Shown here piece after piece: positions 1-12,680 of a stretch of DNA of 64,000 nucleotides. How positions within the stretch are numbered: the first letter of the stretch is position 1; each line of letters begins with the position of its first letter. The translations under genes and the position numbers were made by a program. This DNA is from Nitrospirales bacterium (GTDB lineage: Bacteria; Nitrospirota; Nitrospiria; Nitrospirales; UBA8639): assembly GCA_965203295.1 (NCBI GenBank), contig CBDBCZ010000012.1, positions 544,001 through 608,000 on the forward strand, given 5' to 3'. The notes under the pieces were generated by a model that saw only the letters and a program-made list of their open reading frames with translations, had not been told where the DNA came from and ran no database searches.

Positions 1-185
1 TTTTAAGCTGAATCCAATCTAACACAAGAGGTGTACAACTCCAGGAAATATACTTTGTAAATTGCACTATAAACTATTAGCTAAAACAACTGTTACTCAG
101 TGAAGTCCACAAATGGCTTTGAGTCTTCACTAAATGGCTCTTCTGGGTCTTGCTGCCTATCAAAATTCTGGTGAAACCTTGAGCC

Positions 186-638
186 CAGAGGAGGTTGGAC
201 ACGGTCATGTGACATACGCGCGTATGCGATTCTCTACGGAGATTTCTGTATAAAAGCGCTAAAAAGTTTTCTCGTTAGTCTTTATGCGTATCCTCAAGGA
301 ATAGACATCTTTCGTGAGCTCTCCCGAAGTAGATTCAGAATATCTCGCCAACCCCGTTCAACCCCTGGGTCATTGCAGAGCTACGGTCGTTTAAATATCT
401 AGCTATCGGCAAGGCGAGACTACATACTGGATTCTATCTAGTAACGGAAAGGTGCTGCCCGTATAGGTCCGTTCCAGCCATCTTACAGCAATCTACAGGC
501 TATTGCAGCTTTATAGCGAGCTGTGCTTACCTTCTCAGTGAGCTAATTACATGTTGGAATGCAGCGTGGAATGTAATAAAGTGCAGCAAAAGGCGTGTGA
601 CCGCCACATGTTAATGAATGCGTGTCCAACCTCCTCTG
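186..638. mobile_element. Non-autonomous TIR element (MITE) with 9-bp TSD, AcademH-like (or Mutator-like)
   Basis: 18-bp perfect TIRs CAGAGGAGGTTGGACACG (186-203) / CGTGTCCAACCTCCTCTG (621-638), flanked by direct repeat CCTTGAGCC (177-185 and 639-647); no ORF inside. Confidence 0.85.
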
Positions 639-1190
639 CCTTGAGCCTACCTCTTGAAAAAACTGGCTTCTTTCAAAGCGACTAAACCACTCCTTTACAA
701 TGCATGATCTAATCTAGCCCAGGAAATTCTATTCCAGGAATTTTCAATGAATCTAATTTAGCTCTAACAAAACTGAAATTAATTTATTTGCTTGAGTAAT
801 AATAGAATAAAGACAGTAAGCTGTAGTTGCATATATTATAGGACAGTGTACTATAAATGCCGTAGATCGGGAAATTTTCACTCGTAAAAATGTGTGGCCG
901 TTAGAATTTTTGTTGTTTTCTTTTCATCGCTTCGGCACACCAGAAGTGTAGCTATAGTGTTATTGGTCGTCGTTGTAGGGTACTCAAGGAACTTTATTAA
1001 CGGCTGAAAATTTCCCGATCTGCAGTAACACAACATACATCTAAGCTAAGTTTGGGTGTAGCATGCTTATCGTGTTTAGGAGATGCCTGATAAGAGAATA
1101 ATTACAGTTGGAATTGGCTGGGCCCTACTGGCAAGTGCTACTAGCAGGTTTAGTGACTATATAAAGCTTGCCTACTGCTCCTTTGCCAAG

Positions 1191-1262
1191 GGGCTCCAAT
1201 AGGTCAGTGGTAAGAGCATCTGATTAGTATGCAGAAGGTCCTAGGTTCAATCCTCCGTTTTC
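1191..1262 (+). pseudogene. tRNA-derived sequence (tRNA-Thr(AGT)-like pseudogene or SINE head)
   Basis: A-box-like TAGGTCAGTGGTAAGAGC, anticodon-arm-like TCTGA-TTAGTAT-GCAGA, B-box-like GGTTCAATCC; the acceptor stem does not close. Confidence 0.6.
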
Positions 1263-1359
1263 CTTACTCTCTCAGAAAGCTTATCTTCTCTTGAAGAGTT
1301 TGCAATGTAAATTTCAACGTCCTTTGATGTGCCCGTAAACACAACTTCTCTGTACGCAG

Positions 1360-1554
1360 GCGGTCGCTCCAAGAAGAGCAAGAAGCGAGCCAAGTACCTT
1401 GCCCGGCAGGCCGAGGTGGAGTTCTTCCGGCCCCTCTGCGACCTGGTCGAGGACCGCCTGTCTCTGGAGGTGGGGCAGCTGGAGCTGAGCAGCCAGGCGG
1501 AGGTGCCTCCTCTGGTGGAGCTTTGCGTCAGGAAGATACGCAAGACTGACCTGG
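1360..1554 (+). CDS. Probable internal coding exon of an unidentified host gene, with a BC-box-like motif (VPPLVELCVRKI)
   Basis: GC-rich 195-nt open segment between acceptor tacgcag| and donor |gtgggt, phase 1-1, standing out from AT-richer flanks; other exons not identified. Confidence 0.55.
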
Positions 1555-2515
1555 GTGGGTGCCCTGGTGGCTGTAGGCTGGTGTGTGTCTCTGTGTCATA
1601 GTACTAGTGCTGGTTGGAATTTTCACCAGTCGGTTGTGCATGAAATCCGTAAATGACTGGTCCTTTGTATATTCCATGTACACGATAATATATTATTGTG
1701 GTACACGATACTATGCAACTGTACACCTCTATTAGGCCTAGCAGATTTAGGTTTGGTGGCCGAACTACATCAAGGGAGTTTAGGTTTTGTTACCTAGATG
1801 ATGGAAAAGTGGTAAACACTTATGGGTTTGAACTACTTAGTAACTGGAAGCACACAATAAGTAATCGTAACAAGGTGAGTAGTGAGGTACTACATCCTAG
1901 GTTCGTAGAATACTTCACTGTTTGTAAATCTTTCTTAATATTGGGATACACTCTTTTCCGTATACCACAATAAAGGAATAGAAACAGTGTAGGGTCACTA
2001 TTATGACTATAGTACATGTAAATAGGAGGGAAAGAGTGTAGAGATACACTGGCTCCCCCCTATGGTATATAGGGGGAACCAGTAACATACATGTATATGT
2101 TATAGGAAAGAAAGAGCATTGTTTCCCCACCTGCCTCAATTTTGTTGATCCCCCAATGCGTTCTTATTGTAATTGATGTAAAATTGCGAACTGCAGATCA
2201 TAGCTAAATCTGTTATCCCCACAAAGAGCAAGTGAGCTTCTTCCAAGTGCATGCATCATGGACCAGTATATTGCGCTGTAACTTGTAGCAAGCCATTTAT
2301 TAGTTACAGATGAGTGCTCAGGGGTGGCTACCATAGCAATTAGGTATGGTCCATTGCACACCTCAAAGTACTAGTACACATGGTAATTGTCTGGCTACTG
2401 ATACCTCCTTTGAATTATTAATAATAACGTGTACTTGTATAACCCTGATACATGTATACTCCCTAGTAACCCCTAGCGGTTCCTGTGAAGTTGTATGGTA
2501 GCCTGCTACAAATAT

Positions 2516-3162
2516 TATTGCACGAGTGAAAGTGAAATATGGCTGGATATTGCACAAGTTGACAGATGTATTTTCATGAGCCAAAGACAAGTGGAAGTGC
2601 TGCCTACGAGTGCAATATCCGGCCATTTTTCACTTTCACGAGTGCAATAGTGTTTATTACCCACTTTTACCATAACTATGGCCAACATTGTCATAAATTT
2701 ATCTTACTGACATTCCTACATGTACTCATCAGAGATGAATTTTATATAATAACTCGCCAACGTTATGCATGAACTGAATGAACTGCACGTGGACTTTCGA
2801 TGAGGTACCGCTTCAGCGATGCACGAGAAGCCAAGCGTTTTTGTGTTACTGTATAGAAGATAGGGGCAGAGTTTACCGTACTCGCGATTGCGCAGAAGTG
2901 GTAAATTCGTGATGCTCATTATCTCTTGAACGGAAGGAGCTGTAGCCTTCTAGCCTGGACTGCCAGTAGTTGAAGGTTAGTACTTACATCGTACCAAGAA
3001 TCATTGGCATTCCCATCATTGGCTGTGCAGAATTGAAAGGTAACTATCGACTTCCGCATCCACCTACGCAACGTGGAATAGCAACTGTCGAATATCATGG
3101 GATATTCCATATACCTGCTCAATGATGGAACACTTCAAGAGAGAATATCAAGTGGGTAATAA
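2516..3162 (+). mobile_element. Non-autonomous Crypton-like element (left hairpin plus short end IR)
   Basis: About 40-bp imperfect stem hairpin 2516-2649, then TTATTACCCACT (2654-2665) inverted to AGTGGGTAATAA (3151-3162); same layout as the YR-coding element at 5395-7414. Confidence 0.5.
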
Positions 3163-3215
3163 ACCCCCTAGCCCCATGCAGAGTTTCCTTACAAGGGTTC
3201 TTGCAAGGAATTTAC

Positions 3216-5110
3216 TAATTAGAGGAAGTGTCCTATGAATACATTAGTAGTTGCTAAACCCACAAGTGTTTTGCCTGTGGCTGGGTTTATAAGGAGCAAC
3301 AGTGTAGTGTATGGCTACCGCTGACGTGTCTGCAATTTTTGGAGAGCCCAAGGGCTGAAATAGTGTGAAAATAGCTAGTTATGTATTGAGACAGTATAGT
3401 ACTACAGTACTTCCCCAACAATGTACGTAATTTTGCCTATTGCAGACTATGCTTGACACAGTATAGTACTACAGTACTTCCCCAACAATGTACGTAATTT
3501 TGTCTATTGCAGCTTCTGAACAAATGCCTGATAATGTCTTCACAATTCCTGCCAAATTCAATTCTACCAATATTTATTTACAGCCAGTTAGAAACTGTTT
3601 CATGGAATATAATTTTTTGGCAAAGTTTCCAGCTATAATATGATGACTAATTATTGCATCCCTGTAACTTCAGGTAGAGTTAACCAGTAAATGAGGATCA
3701 AACTTGACTGATCGATCATTTTGGTAACGACGTAATAGCCAGAGTTTGCTTGGCACTATCATGCCTCAGGGGGGTAGGACAAGGTAATGTGTGCATGTCA
3801 GCAGTGGTACACTAGACGCAACACCAATTCTCTTGGAGAGCTTTTTGTGATAGTGGTGCAAAGCTGAAGAACACTCTTTAGGAGTAGCCTGAATTGATTT
3901 TGATGGCATGAACCTGGCATGTTGCACTCACTGTTATTATGTGCTGGAATGTGACCTCCAGACTGCTGTTCTTAAAGACTAGCTGCTGTGCAGCACTGTG
4001 TAAATAGTAACTAATTAGAGGAAGTGTCCTATGAATACGTTAGTAGTTGCTAAACCCACAAGTGTTTTGCCTGTGGCTGGGTTTAAAATGGAGCAGCTGT
4101 CACTAGTACTGGCTACAGTGGAGTAGTACCTTCCTTAATATGCGACAATTTTTGGAGAGCCCAAGGGCTCAAGTGATGTGAAGCTAGAGCTGATGGGTAT
4201 GGGGCTAACAAGTGATTGATTAGTGCTATCGTAATCTGCTACACAGGGGGTAGTTATGATAGTATGATAGTGCTAAGTGGTGATGTACATAATGACCGTC
4301 CAGGCTCTCTCCAAAAGAAAGGGGAGAACCTAGTACATTTTATCAAGTGAGTAAGGTAGAGAGAACTCAATTACATGTGGGTGAACAAAATCACAATGGC
4401 AGGTCCAACAGTCTATCAGCGAAAATAGTCAGAGAAATTGAGTTCAAGGGTCTAAAGCAATACATCCGCCCCAACCCACCATCAAGTGAAAGGCCACATG
4501 TACAGGTAATACTTCAAAGCTCATTAAAGAGAGGACAGCGAATGTACAGCTGACTCGGCGTTTACTATTTAGAGCAGTGTCCGTGCACTAGCAGTTATGT
4601 AAACCCACAAGTGTTTTGCTTTTGGATGCGTTTAGGAGCAGCAGTTTCTGTGATTGATAACTCCCAATTTACCTATTTTCCTAGCTGTCCAGTTCCTTTC
4701 TTCTCTTCAGTTCTCAAGTAGCAAGCTACAGTGTGTTTGTCTTAGACTCAGTGAATGCGTGCTTTTCGTTCCAAACTACGATTTGCCATTGACTGTATTT
4801 GTGAATGAGCTTTGACCGTTGACCTCACCCTTTCGAGCAGCTTTGACTATTGACCATTGAACGACTGCAGTCCCAATAGAGTCTATGGGAATGACTCTCC
4901 CTTGAAGAGGTGGCAGTATGTAGCCAAGTACTATGCCCAGTGCTAAATTTCAATATGTGAATTTTCTAATTAGAGGAAGTGTCCTGTGAACAGTACGTAT
5001 GAGTAAGGCTAAACCCACAAGTGTTTTGCTTGTGGCTGGGTTTATAAGGAGCAACACCATACACTATGGCTAAAGGCATTATGATAATGACCATTTTTGG
5101 AGATCTCGAG
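3216..5110 (+). repeat. Locally dispersed ~90-140 bp repeat, three full copies plus one partial
   Basis: TAATTAGAGGAAGTGTCCT...GCTAAACCCACAAGTGTTTTGC(C/T)TGTGGCTGGGTTT at ~3216, ~4012 and ~4967; partial copy at ~4600. Confidence 0.8.
3390..3512 (+). repeat. Tandem duplication (~55 bp x2)
   Basis: ACAGTATAGTACTACAGTACTTCCCCAACAATGTACGTAATTTTG(C/T)CTATTGCAG occurs twice. Confidence 0.85.
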
Positions 5111-5394
5111 CCTAAGGCTCGTACTAATACATGTATTAAATGTCTGATTACGTAGCTCCCACCTTCCCTAGCTCTCCATGCTACACATCAGCATCTGGTA
5201 TTTAGAGCCAGTACTGTGTCGATGACCTAATTATTATGGACTTGCAATAACTGTAATTGACATTCAGTTGCTATGCATAATGCATTTAGTTGCTGTGCAT
5301 AATTTTCTGTCTGGTGTCTGTTAATTTTCACATACGTAAACTCTAATAAATAACCGGGGCGGTTATATTTAGAATTAGCAGCCTCAAGTATAGG

Positions 5395-7414
5395 TTATAC
5401 GATGAGGAGGAGGTAACTACGGGATTTATACACCTCGTGCCTTCGGCACTCGGTGTATAAATCCCGTAGTTACCGACCCGAGGCGTATAACTGGCTTGTA
5501 CCGTGGCATAGCAACCGCGTACTGCGTAGCGACGTAGGAACTCATTTTAGTTTTAGCTTGGCTTTATAGATGGCGCTTTCGGAAGACCTCGATTCTCTCT
5601 GTACTCAACAGTTGTTTAGAGCGGCAGAATCCTTGCAACTCGACGAGTTTGACTGCATACTATCGCAGACTAGCGATGTTGAACTGTCCGCACTCTGTAC
5701 TCCAGGCCCCTCCCTCAGCGCGCGTACCGGTACCGACCCAAGCCGGCTACTCGAGCCCCACCCCCAGTATCAGTTGCTCAGCTCCACCCACCAGGAGAGC
5801 TCGATAGCTGTTTCGAGCAACCGGTTTACAGCTCCCACAACTGATGCTGATGTGCAGGCAGTACAGTCCAGTGCTGTTCCAAAAAACACCAGCAAGTCCA
5901 CCAGTTGGGCTGTCAATATTTGGAAGGAGTGGACTGCTCACAGAAGAACGGTATGCCACCCTCTTGACTGCCCCCCACACCTTCTGCTGTGTCAGCCAGA
6001 CGAGCTAAACCAGTGGTTGAGCAAGTTTGTACTGGAGGTTCGACGAAAAGATGGACAGCTATACCCACCTCAGACACTATATTCACTCTGCTGCGGTCTT
6101 TTGAGGTATGTGCGTGAGATCAAACCGGACATCAACTTCTTCAAAGATGCACAATTTTCTGGCTTTCAGCGAACTCTAGATGGCTTAATGAAACAGTTAC
6201 GTTCATGCGGTCTTGGCAGCAAGAAACGACAAGCAGAGCCAATCACCATCAATGAAGAAGCTATCCTATGGGAGCAGGGTCTTCTTGGAAGCCTTTCACC
6301 TCAAGTACTTTTAGATACGATGGTATTCCTCTGTGGAATGTACTTTGCTCTCCGAAGTGGGCAAGAGCACCGTGACCTCCAGTTCAATCAGATTGAGCTC
6401 ATCGAACCACCAGATGACTCACCTCCCTACCTGGTATATACTGAAAATATCTCCAAGAATAACACAGGTATTGTATTGCTTATATATTTTCTTGTCCGTG
6501 TGTTTAGTTCTATTTATTGCTTGTATTACCTTGTGTTGACACAGGAGGTATGGCACAAAGGAAGCTGCAGCCGAAGCAGGTGATGCACCATTCCAACATC
6601 AGCAATCCATCTCGTTGCTTTGTCCAACTCTTCCAGAAGTATCTCCACCACTGTCCCAAGGAACGAAAAACGAATTGTTTCTACCTCACACCGCTGAAAA
6701 AGACCAAAGGTGATGTCTAGTATTCAAATATGCCAGTTGGCCACAATACCCTCTCTAAGACGGTGAAACGTCTGTGTGCATCTGCAGGCATATCGGGCTT
6801 CAAAACCAATCACTCCCTTCGAGTAACAAACGCTACCCGACTATTTCAAAGTGGTGTGGATGAGCAGCTTATAATGACTCGAACTGGACACAGAAGCATT
6901 GAAGGAGTTCGAACGTACAAAAGAGTTTCGGATGAGCAAAAACAAGCACTATCTGAGGTCCTCAATTCAGCCACAAATGGGGTAGGCCAAGAGTCATATG
7001 CAAAGAAACCACGGATAGAATTTGAGAAATCTGTTGGTGTTTCTGTTGCCAGTGGCCGGGCTGTGTGCAGTTCACAGACCATGCTACCACCTATGCACTT
7101 TTCTGGCTGTACTCAGATCACCATAAACTGCACTCCCTATACTGCACCTCAGTAATGACTCGACCGCTTCCATTATCTATGTACCTGTACACTTACTGGT
7201 TAACCATTGTTTTTGACTATATAACATTGTACACATTTCTGAACATTGTATCATAGCAAATCCAAAATGTCCCTGAGGAAAAAATTACATTGTATTTACT
7301 AGCCTAAGGGCGGGGTGTATAAGTACTTATACACCTCTCAAGGAGGTGTATAAGTGATTTATTGACCTGTGAGCAGTGAATGTGATTGGTCAGATTCGAA
7401 CAACCATGGTACAA
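5395..7414 (+). mobile_element. Crypton (tyrosine-recombinase DNA transposon); ends approximate
   Basis: YR gene inside; perfect 23-bp stem hairpin 5412-5474 upstream of the ATG; short IR TTGTACCGTGG (5496-5506) / CCATGGTACAA (7404-7414). Confidence 0.75.
5570..7155 (+). pseudogene. Crypton tyrosine recombinase (DUF3504 / ZMYM-QRICH1-like), 2 exons (5570-6467, 6545-7155), premature TAG at 6718-6720
   Basis: Motifs AVPKNT..WAV..W..W, FVLEVRRKDG.YPP.TL, FALRSGQEH (catalytic R), TNHSLR (HxxR), TGHRS...Y (H...Y); GT-AG intron 6468-6544 restores the frame; one in-frame TAG where W is expected (DV*YS). Confidence 0.9.
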
Positions 7415-7489
7415 TGGGCGGTTACTTTTACATGGGCGGGTATAATCACAGATCGGTTATTTTTGCTTATCCCACATTACATCATCTCT

Positions 7490-7771
7490 AATAAATTTCA
7501 TTGGATGAGAGCAGTAGGATATATAGGCGCATATCCTACAGTTCTGTACTTCCTTAGTTACATATTAGTAACATAACCTCAAGCTACTTCACGATAGTTA
7601 CGCACATGCGCAGTAGTGGGATAAGTCAGATAGAGCACGCCCCAGCAGAGGATATGTGCCCAAAATATCCTCTTTGGATACGGTTTTATCCCTCGGCTGC
7701 GCCTCAGGTAAAACCGCATCCGCGGAGGATATATAGGCGCATATCCTCCGCTGTGATGTGGCCTATCCTAT
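7490..7771 (-). mobile_element. Non-autonomous Crypton-like hairpin element
   Basis: Long imperfect hairpin ~7648-7749; the minus strand begins TATAGGATAGG, like the elements near 5390 and 13383. Confidence 0.45.
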
Positions 7772-9390
7772 ACAAAGCAACCGTTAATAGCATGGTAGAT
7801 CTACAGAAATATCGTTGAGATCAGCCTGGTAGATGTGGTGTCCCTTGAGGTAGGAAGCCTTCAGGCAGGTAAACTGAACGAGCTCCTTAGCGTTACCTTA
7901 GCTACCGTAGCTTAGTCTCGTTCCCAGAACCCTCCACTAACCGTAGCTAGGGTTTTCTCGCTACGACTAACGCCAACTTCTTGGTTTTCACAGTCTGATT
8001 CTCGTCGCTATTCTGTATGGTCGTGTTCTACGTATTAGCTGCATGCTCTGCTTGCTATAGACATTCACACGTGCAAACACTATTAATTTTACAGATTCAA
8101 TTTCCTGCCTGGGCTGCACGTGCAAATTATGGGCGGTTATGTTCATAGAAGGTTTTACACAGGAGTAAACTGTTGTTGCAGTAAATAGATCATGTTATAC
8201 TAGAGGGGCGGTTTTTTACAGTACTCTCTATATATGCATAGAAACTTTAATTTTCACCCCTACCTCTAGCTTAGCTAGTAGCTGGCATGAGTAAGCTTCC
8301 ATGCTGGCCGTGTGAATTAGACACACAAAACGTATTCCTTGCTTGGATGGCTACCAGTGTGCAATGAGTAAGTGATATACGTGTGTGTATAATTATCTGG
8401 TTGCTATACGTATAGTTCCCATGCAGACATTGTGAAACTGAAGTGATTTGCATGGTTTGCTCCGATTTTGCTCTCCCTCACTCTGACTCATGCACTTGCT
8501 GGCTCACTACCATGACTACATACCTCCAGTGTGGTATTATTATACACGGCAGCTGTGAATGACAATATATGATACAGGGGCGTGGGAAGCAGAAATAGAG
8601 TGGTCTGGCCATAGAATCTTGCCCGTATTATTCTGAAAGATAGGAAGCACTCTCAAAATTTTGTTGTATTTCACATATTAATACGTATAAGGTTATATGA
8701 CGAGGGAGGCAGCTACCACGTCTTTGTCAACTTTGGACAGCTTTTTAGAGAAGTGATTACAAAGCCATTGCACACGTGGCATGCAGTAATGTACGTGTGC
8801 ATGCGTATTAAAAAAATGTGGGTGTGTCCCGTTGAAGAAAGTCGTGCGGGTCATCAGATGACAGTGGCAAGTAAGCAGCTTGTGGAAAAAGCATGCATAA
8901 TTATAGCTTCTTGGAAACTCATCACTCTAGTCATGCAGTTGTCTTCCTGGTGATGCTATCCTTGTTCTTGCTTGTGTTGCTGCTTGGGTACAATGAGTGC
9001 CACTTTGGGTGGTTCATGCACTCCTGGTAAACTGAATTGGATTGACTACTGTATTCAAGCAGTGTGGGGTATGTTTTTTTTTCTGAAGACCTCTAGTTTG
9101 TGTAGTGATGTTCTTACGTCTTGACCTCGATACTTATAGGCTCACTTGCAATGTATAATTGCATTGAAAACTGCTGCATTTATGCTAACCCCACCCTTAG
9201 CAGAAGTTCAGACTTTGAAACATGCGATGGAGTAATCTACATGGCACTGTCACATATGGCAGTGTTTGGGTGTATGTGCACTTAGTGATCCTCCATGTCC
9301 TGACGTGCCCAGACTCACGAGGTGCACTGTCTTTCAAAAGATTGAACAGATGTGTGTAGATGCCGAGCTAGTCTGCTAATTAGGGCAGTT

Positions 9391-9502
9391 TAGCCTCGTA
9401 CCCAGGCCTTCCCTGCACTCACGAAAATAAATGAGGAAAAGTAAAGCTTCTAAGCTTAAAGTTTATTTTCGCGAGTGCGGGGAAGGCCTGGGCACGAGGC
9501 TA
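9391..9502. mobile_element. AcademH-type MITE
   Basis: TAGCCTCG...CGAGGCTA fold-back with 9-bp TSD AGGGCAGTT (9382-9390, 9503-9511). Confidence 0.85.
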
Positions 9503-10172
9503 AGGGCAGTTTGCACTGAAGGGTGAGCAGAACAGAGGCAGAAGAGGAAGTTGATGTTAGGGAATTGGTACTCTTTGAGTGGGTGGCATAGAGAGACTAG
9601 TGTTACTAAGCACCACAAGATGTATGTAAATGTATACAGAATGATGGGTTTTTGGGTAGCAGGTTATCATCAAGAACCATAAAACTATACACATACTTGT
9701 AACCTACACCTCCTAAATCCAAACCCAATCCCCCTATCTATCAACTATTCAATTACTGTTTGTCAAGGGCATAGGCTATTCATGGTTTAAAGATAGATAG
9801 AGACGAGAAGTAGGTAGAGAAGTTTAAGAAGTGGTGGTAGATGCATGGATGCTGCCCAGAGAACCTGGGACGAGGAAGAACCAGAAGCCACCGAGCTCAC
9901 TATCACAAAGTTTGAATGCGATTTTAAAATATTGAGTTAGAAAAGGGGGCTATAAAGGTCACCCCTCTATTAAGAATTTCATGAGTATATACGTATTTGT
10001 CTTACGGCTCTAGTTTGATCTGTATCCAGTAAGGACCCTCATGAAAACCTAAAAGCTTATCAAAGAGTAAAAACTGAAGTGCCACGAACCGAGCAGCCCC
10101 CAGCTTCCCCACAATACAGGCCCACGGGGACTCATGTTTGTTTTTATTACACCCATGCATACACACATATGT

Positions 10173-10336
<164 letters not shown>

Positions 10337-10542
10337 GGTGTGCTAAACTCGTGGATTTTCTCAAGCATTCCCTTCTTTTCCAAACTCCCTGTCCACACCT
10401 ACCTTCCACTGATGACCTCGCCCTCCCCTTCTGGGACTACATACAGTGCTTACAGAAATGGCAGATGGGGTGAAGACCGAAGCGTCAACGTGTGTATGTT
10501 TATGTTATTGAGACATATGTATGCTTCAGAGTATGTGCACAT

Positions 10543-10625
10543 TAGCCTTGTTCCCAGGCTCTCTGCCACCGCTTATTTTACTTCATGCGAAAAAAAGCTC
10601 GGCAGAGAGCCTGGGAACGAGGCTA
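10543..10625. mobile_element. AcademH-type MITE
   Basis: TAGCCTTGTTCCCAGGCTCTCTGCC / GGCAGAGAGCCTGGGAACGAGGCTA with TSD TGTGCACAT. Confidence 0.85.
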
Positions 10626-11029
10626 TGTGCACATTAGGCTCGTACACAGTTGCTATAATAATGGGAGGAACGCTTTAATGTCCTGTATATGCCATGTGCT
10701 TATTTTTCAACATTCTAGGGATCCAGATATTAGCATGTGTGATGCCCGTGGTAGGATGATGTTTGGGACACGTTTGTGGCCGTATAACGCCTGGGCACCA
10801 GTTTTTTCTTTCAACTAGCCTCACCTGAACTGTGTCAGATGTGCTGTAGCGAGAGGAAATGACATGTCGTTTCTTTTACACACCTACCATCTTCTCACAC
10901 GCATGCAATCTGTATACTCACTCAAACTCTCCCTCCCTCTCATGCATGCACACACCTTCTCTCTCTCTCACACACACACACCTATTCATTCACACACATA
11001 GACATACACAAAAATCTTGACCCACATAC

Positions 11030-11165
<136 letters not shown>

Positions 11166-11653
11166 TTGGCAGTACCGACAACTTGTGGTGTGGTCTACCG
11201 TTCTTACAACTGTGCGTGATATTGAATTAGCCACCCCCTGGTATATTTCAAACAAAGCACAGTATACATGCATGACTGAACTTACTGCGCAAACCTGATG
11301 ATACTCCCAAGTTTTCAAAAGTTGGCTTGGTGCAACATGAAAAAGTAAGAGAACATTATGAAGTACTTACCAAGCTGGTGTGTGTGTGACTGTGTGTACA
11401 TGTGTGCGTGGGGGGGGGGGGGGGGGGGGGGGAGAGAGATGTGTCACTGTTGATGGTGAGTTTCTGTGACCTTTTCACCATCTCCCTAACGCCAACATTT
11501 TCTACTTCTACAGATTGCCAGAAGAGTGCTAAGAACTCTTTTTTTCCCCCTCCTCCACTCCATGAATCCTCGAATGCCACCTCCAATTTTACCTATATAG
11601 ATCTCTTTATTTAGAAGATCTGCATGGAGCCTTGGCAATACCATGTTGGACAC

Positions 11654-12100
11654 TAGTCTCGCGTGCCAGCCCCTCGCATGAAAGTAGGGTCTGGTGTGGT
11701 CACGATACGGCAGTTGTGACAACGCCAAGATCTGGGCGGAGCCAATCAGATTCGTTGTTTACTGTATGACATCATAACTCACGTAGAAACTATTTCGCAC
11801 TCACTTAACTTTTCAGTGATGGCGACAACTAGCGATATACGAGAGATTGTTGGTCGAGCAGCGACTTCGCTTGGTTATTCTGAGCTGAAACCCGAACAAG
11901 AACAAGCCATACTTGCCTTCGTTCGCGGGAAGAATGTATTCGTTGCTCTACCTACAGCACTTAATTAATTATCTCACAACACTTAATTATCTGACCACAC
12001 TGTGTAAGCGCTGCGTAGTAATTGCATTCCACTGTCACAACTGCCGTATCGTGACCACGCCAGACCCTACTTTCATGCGAGGGGCTGGCACGCGAGACTA
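11654..12100 (+). mobile_element. AcademH internal-deletion derivative carrying a RecQ-like helicase 5' fragment (11819-11956)
   Basis: About 68-bp near-perfect TIRs starting TAGTCTCGCG, 9-bp TSD GTTGGACAC; internal ATG reads MATTSDIREIVGRAATSLGYSELKPEQEQAILAFVRGKNVFVALPT (SF2 Q-motif and the start of motif I). Confidence 0.85.
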
Positions 12101-12680
12101 GTTGGACACATCATGACACACTACCCATCTGATAAATATCTTGTAATTCACTGTGAATGATTAAATATTTTTATAGCTACAGTACATGTGTATTTATATC
12201 TCTTACACAAGCATATGGTCCTGTAATAAAGCACTGCATGACCTCTATGTCTGCCTGTTGGTTAGGCTTTTAGACTTGTATGCTGGCATAATTTTGGAAA
12301 TGATACGTGCTTCTGAGAATTATGTTGTAATGACCAGCTCTACAAAGTGTGACAAATATAGACACATTACAACTGCATGCAGCTAATTATAGGCAGAGAT
12401 ATTCTGAATGTGTATGGCTAGGTGCTAAGAAATTACAAAAATCTGCAGGGGGTAGCCGCTAAAGGTAGCCAGCCCCGCCCATTCTGTGTTCCGATTTAAT
12501 AGGTGTGGTTTCTTTCGTTGGTGTCCGGCCATTTTGCAGTGTAGGTTCGCCCCGACCAAGAAAATACGCCGCTAGAATATTGAGTATAGAGTGCCCATAA
12601 CCCCAGGCCTTCCTGGGACTAGCTACAATTGCTCACGGGATCGCAGACGTCGCCCCTCCCCTAGGGCCGGCCCTATAGGA

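Noticed and set aside
1191..1262. Functional tRNA-Thr gene
   Set aside because: Acceptor stem does not pair, there are arm mismatches, and the 3' end is truncated
11356..11620. HECT-like fragment (LEVAFEDSWSGGGGKKEFLALFW)
   Set aside because: Resemblance is short and weak, with no supporting exons or open frame
12430..12540. Divergent gene starting at CAAAATGGCCG upstream of cyclin B
   Set aside because: Short frame, and no downstream exons or homology could be supported
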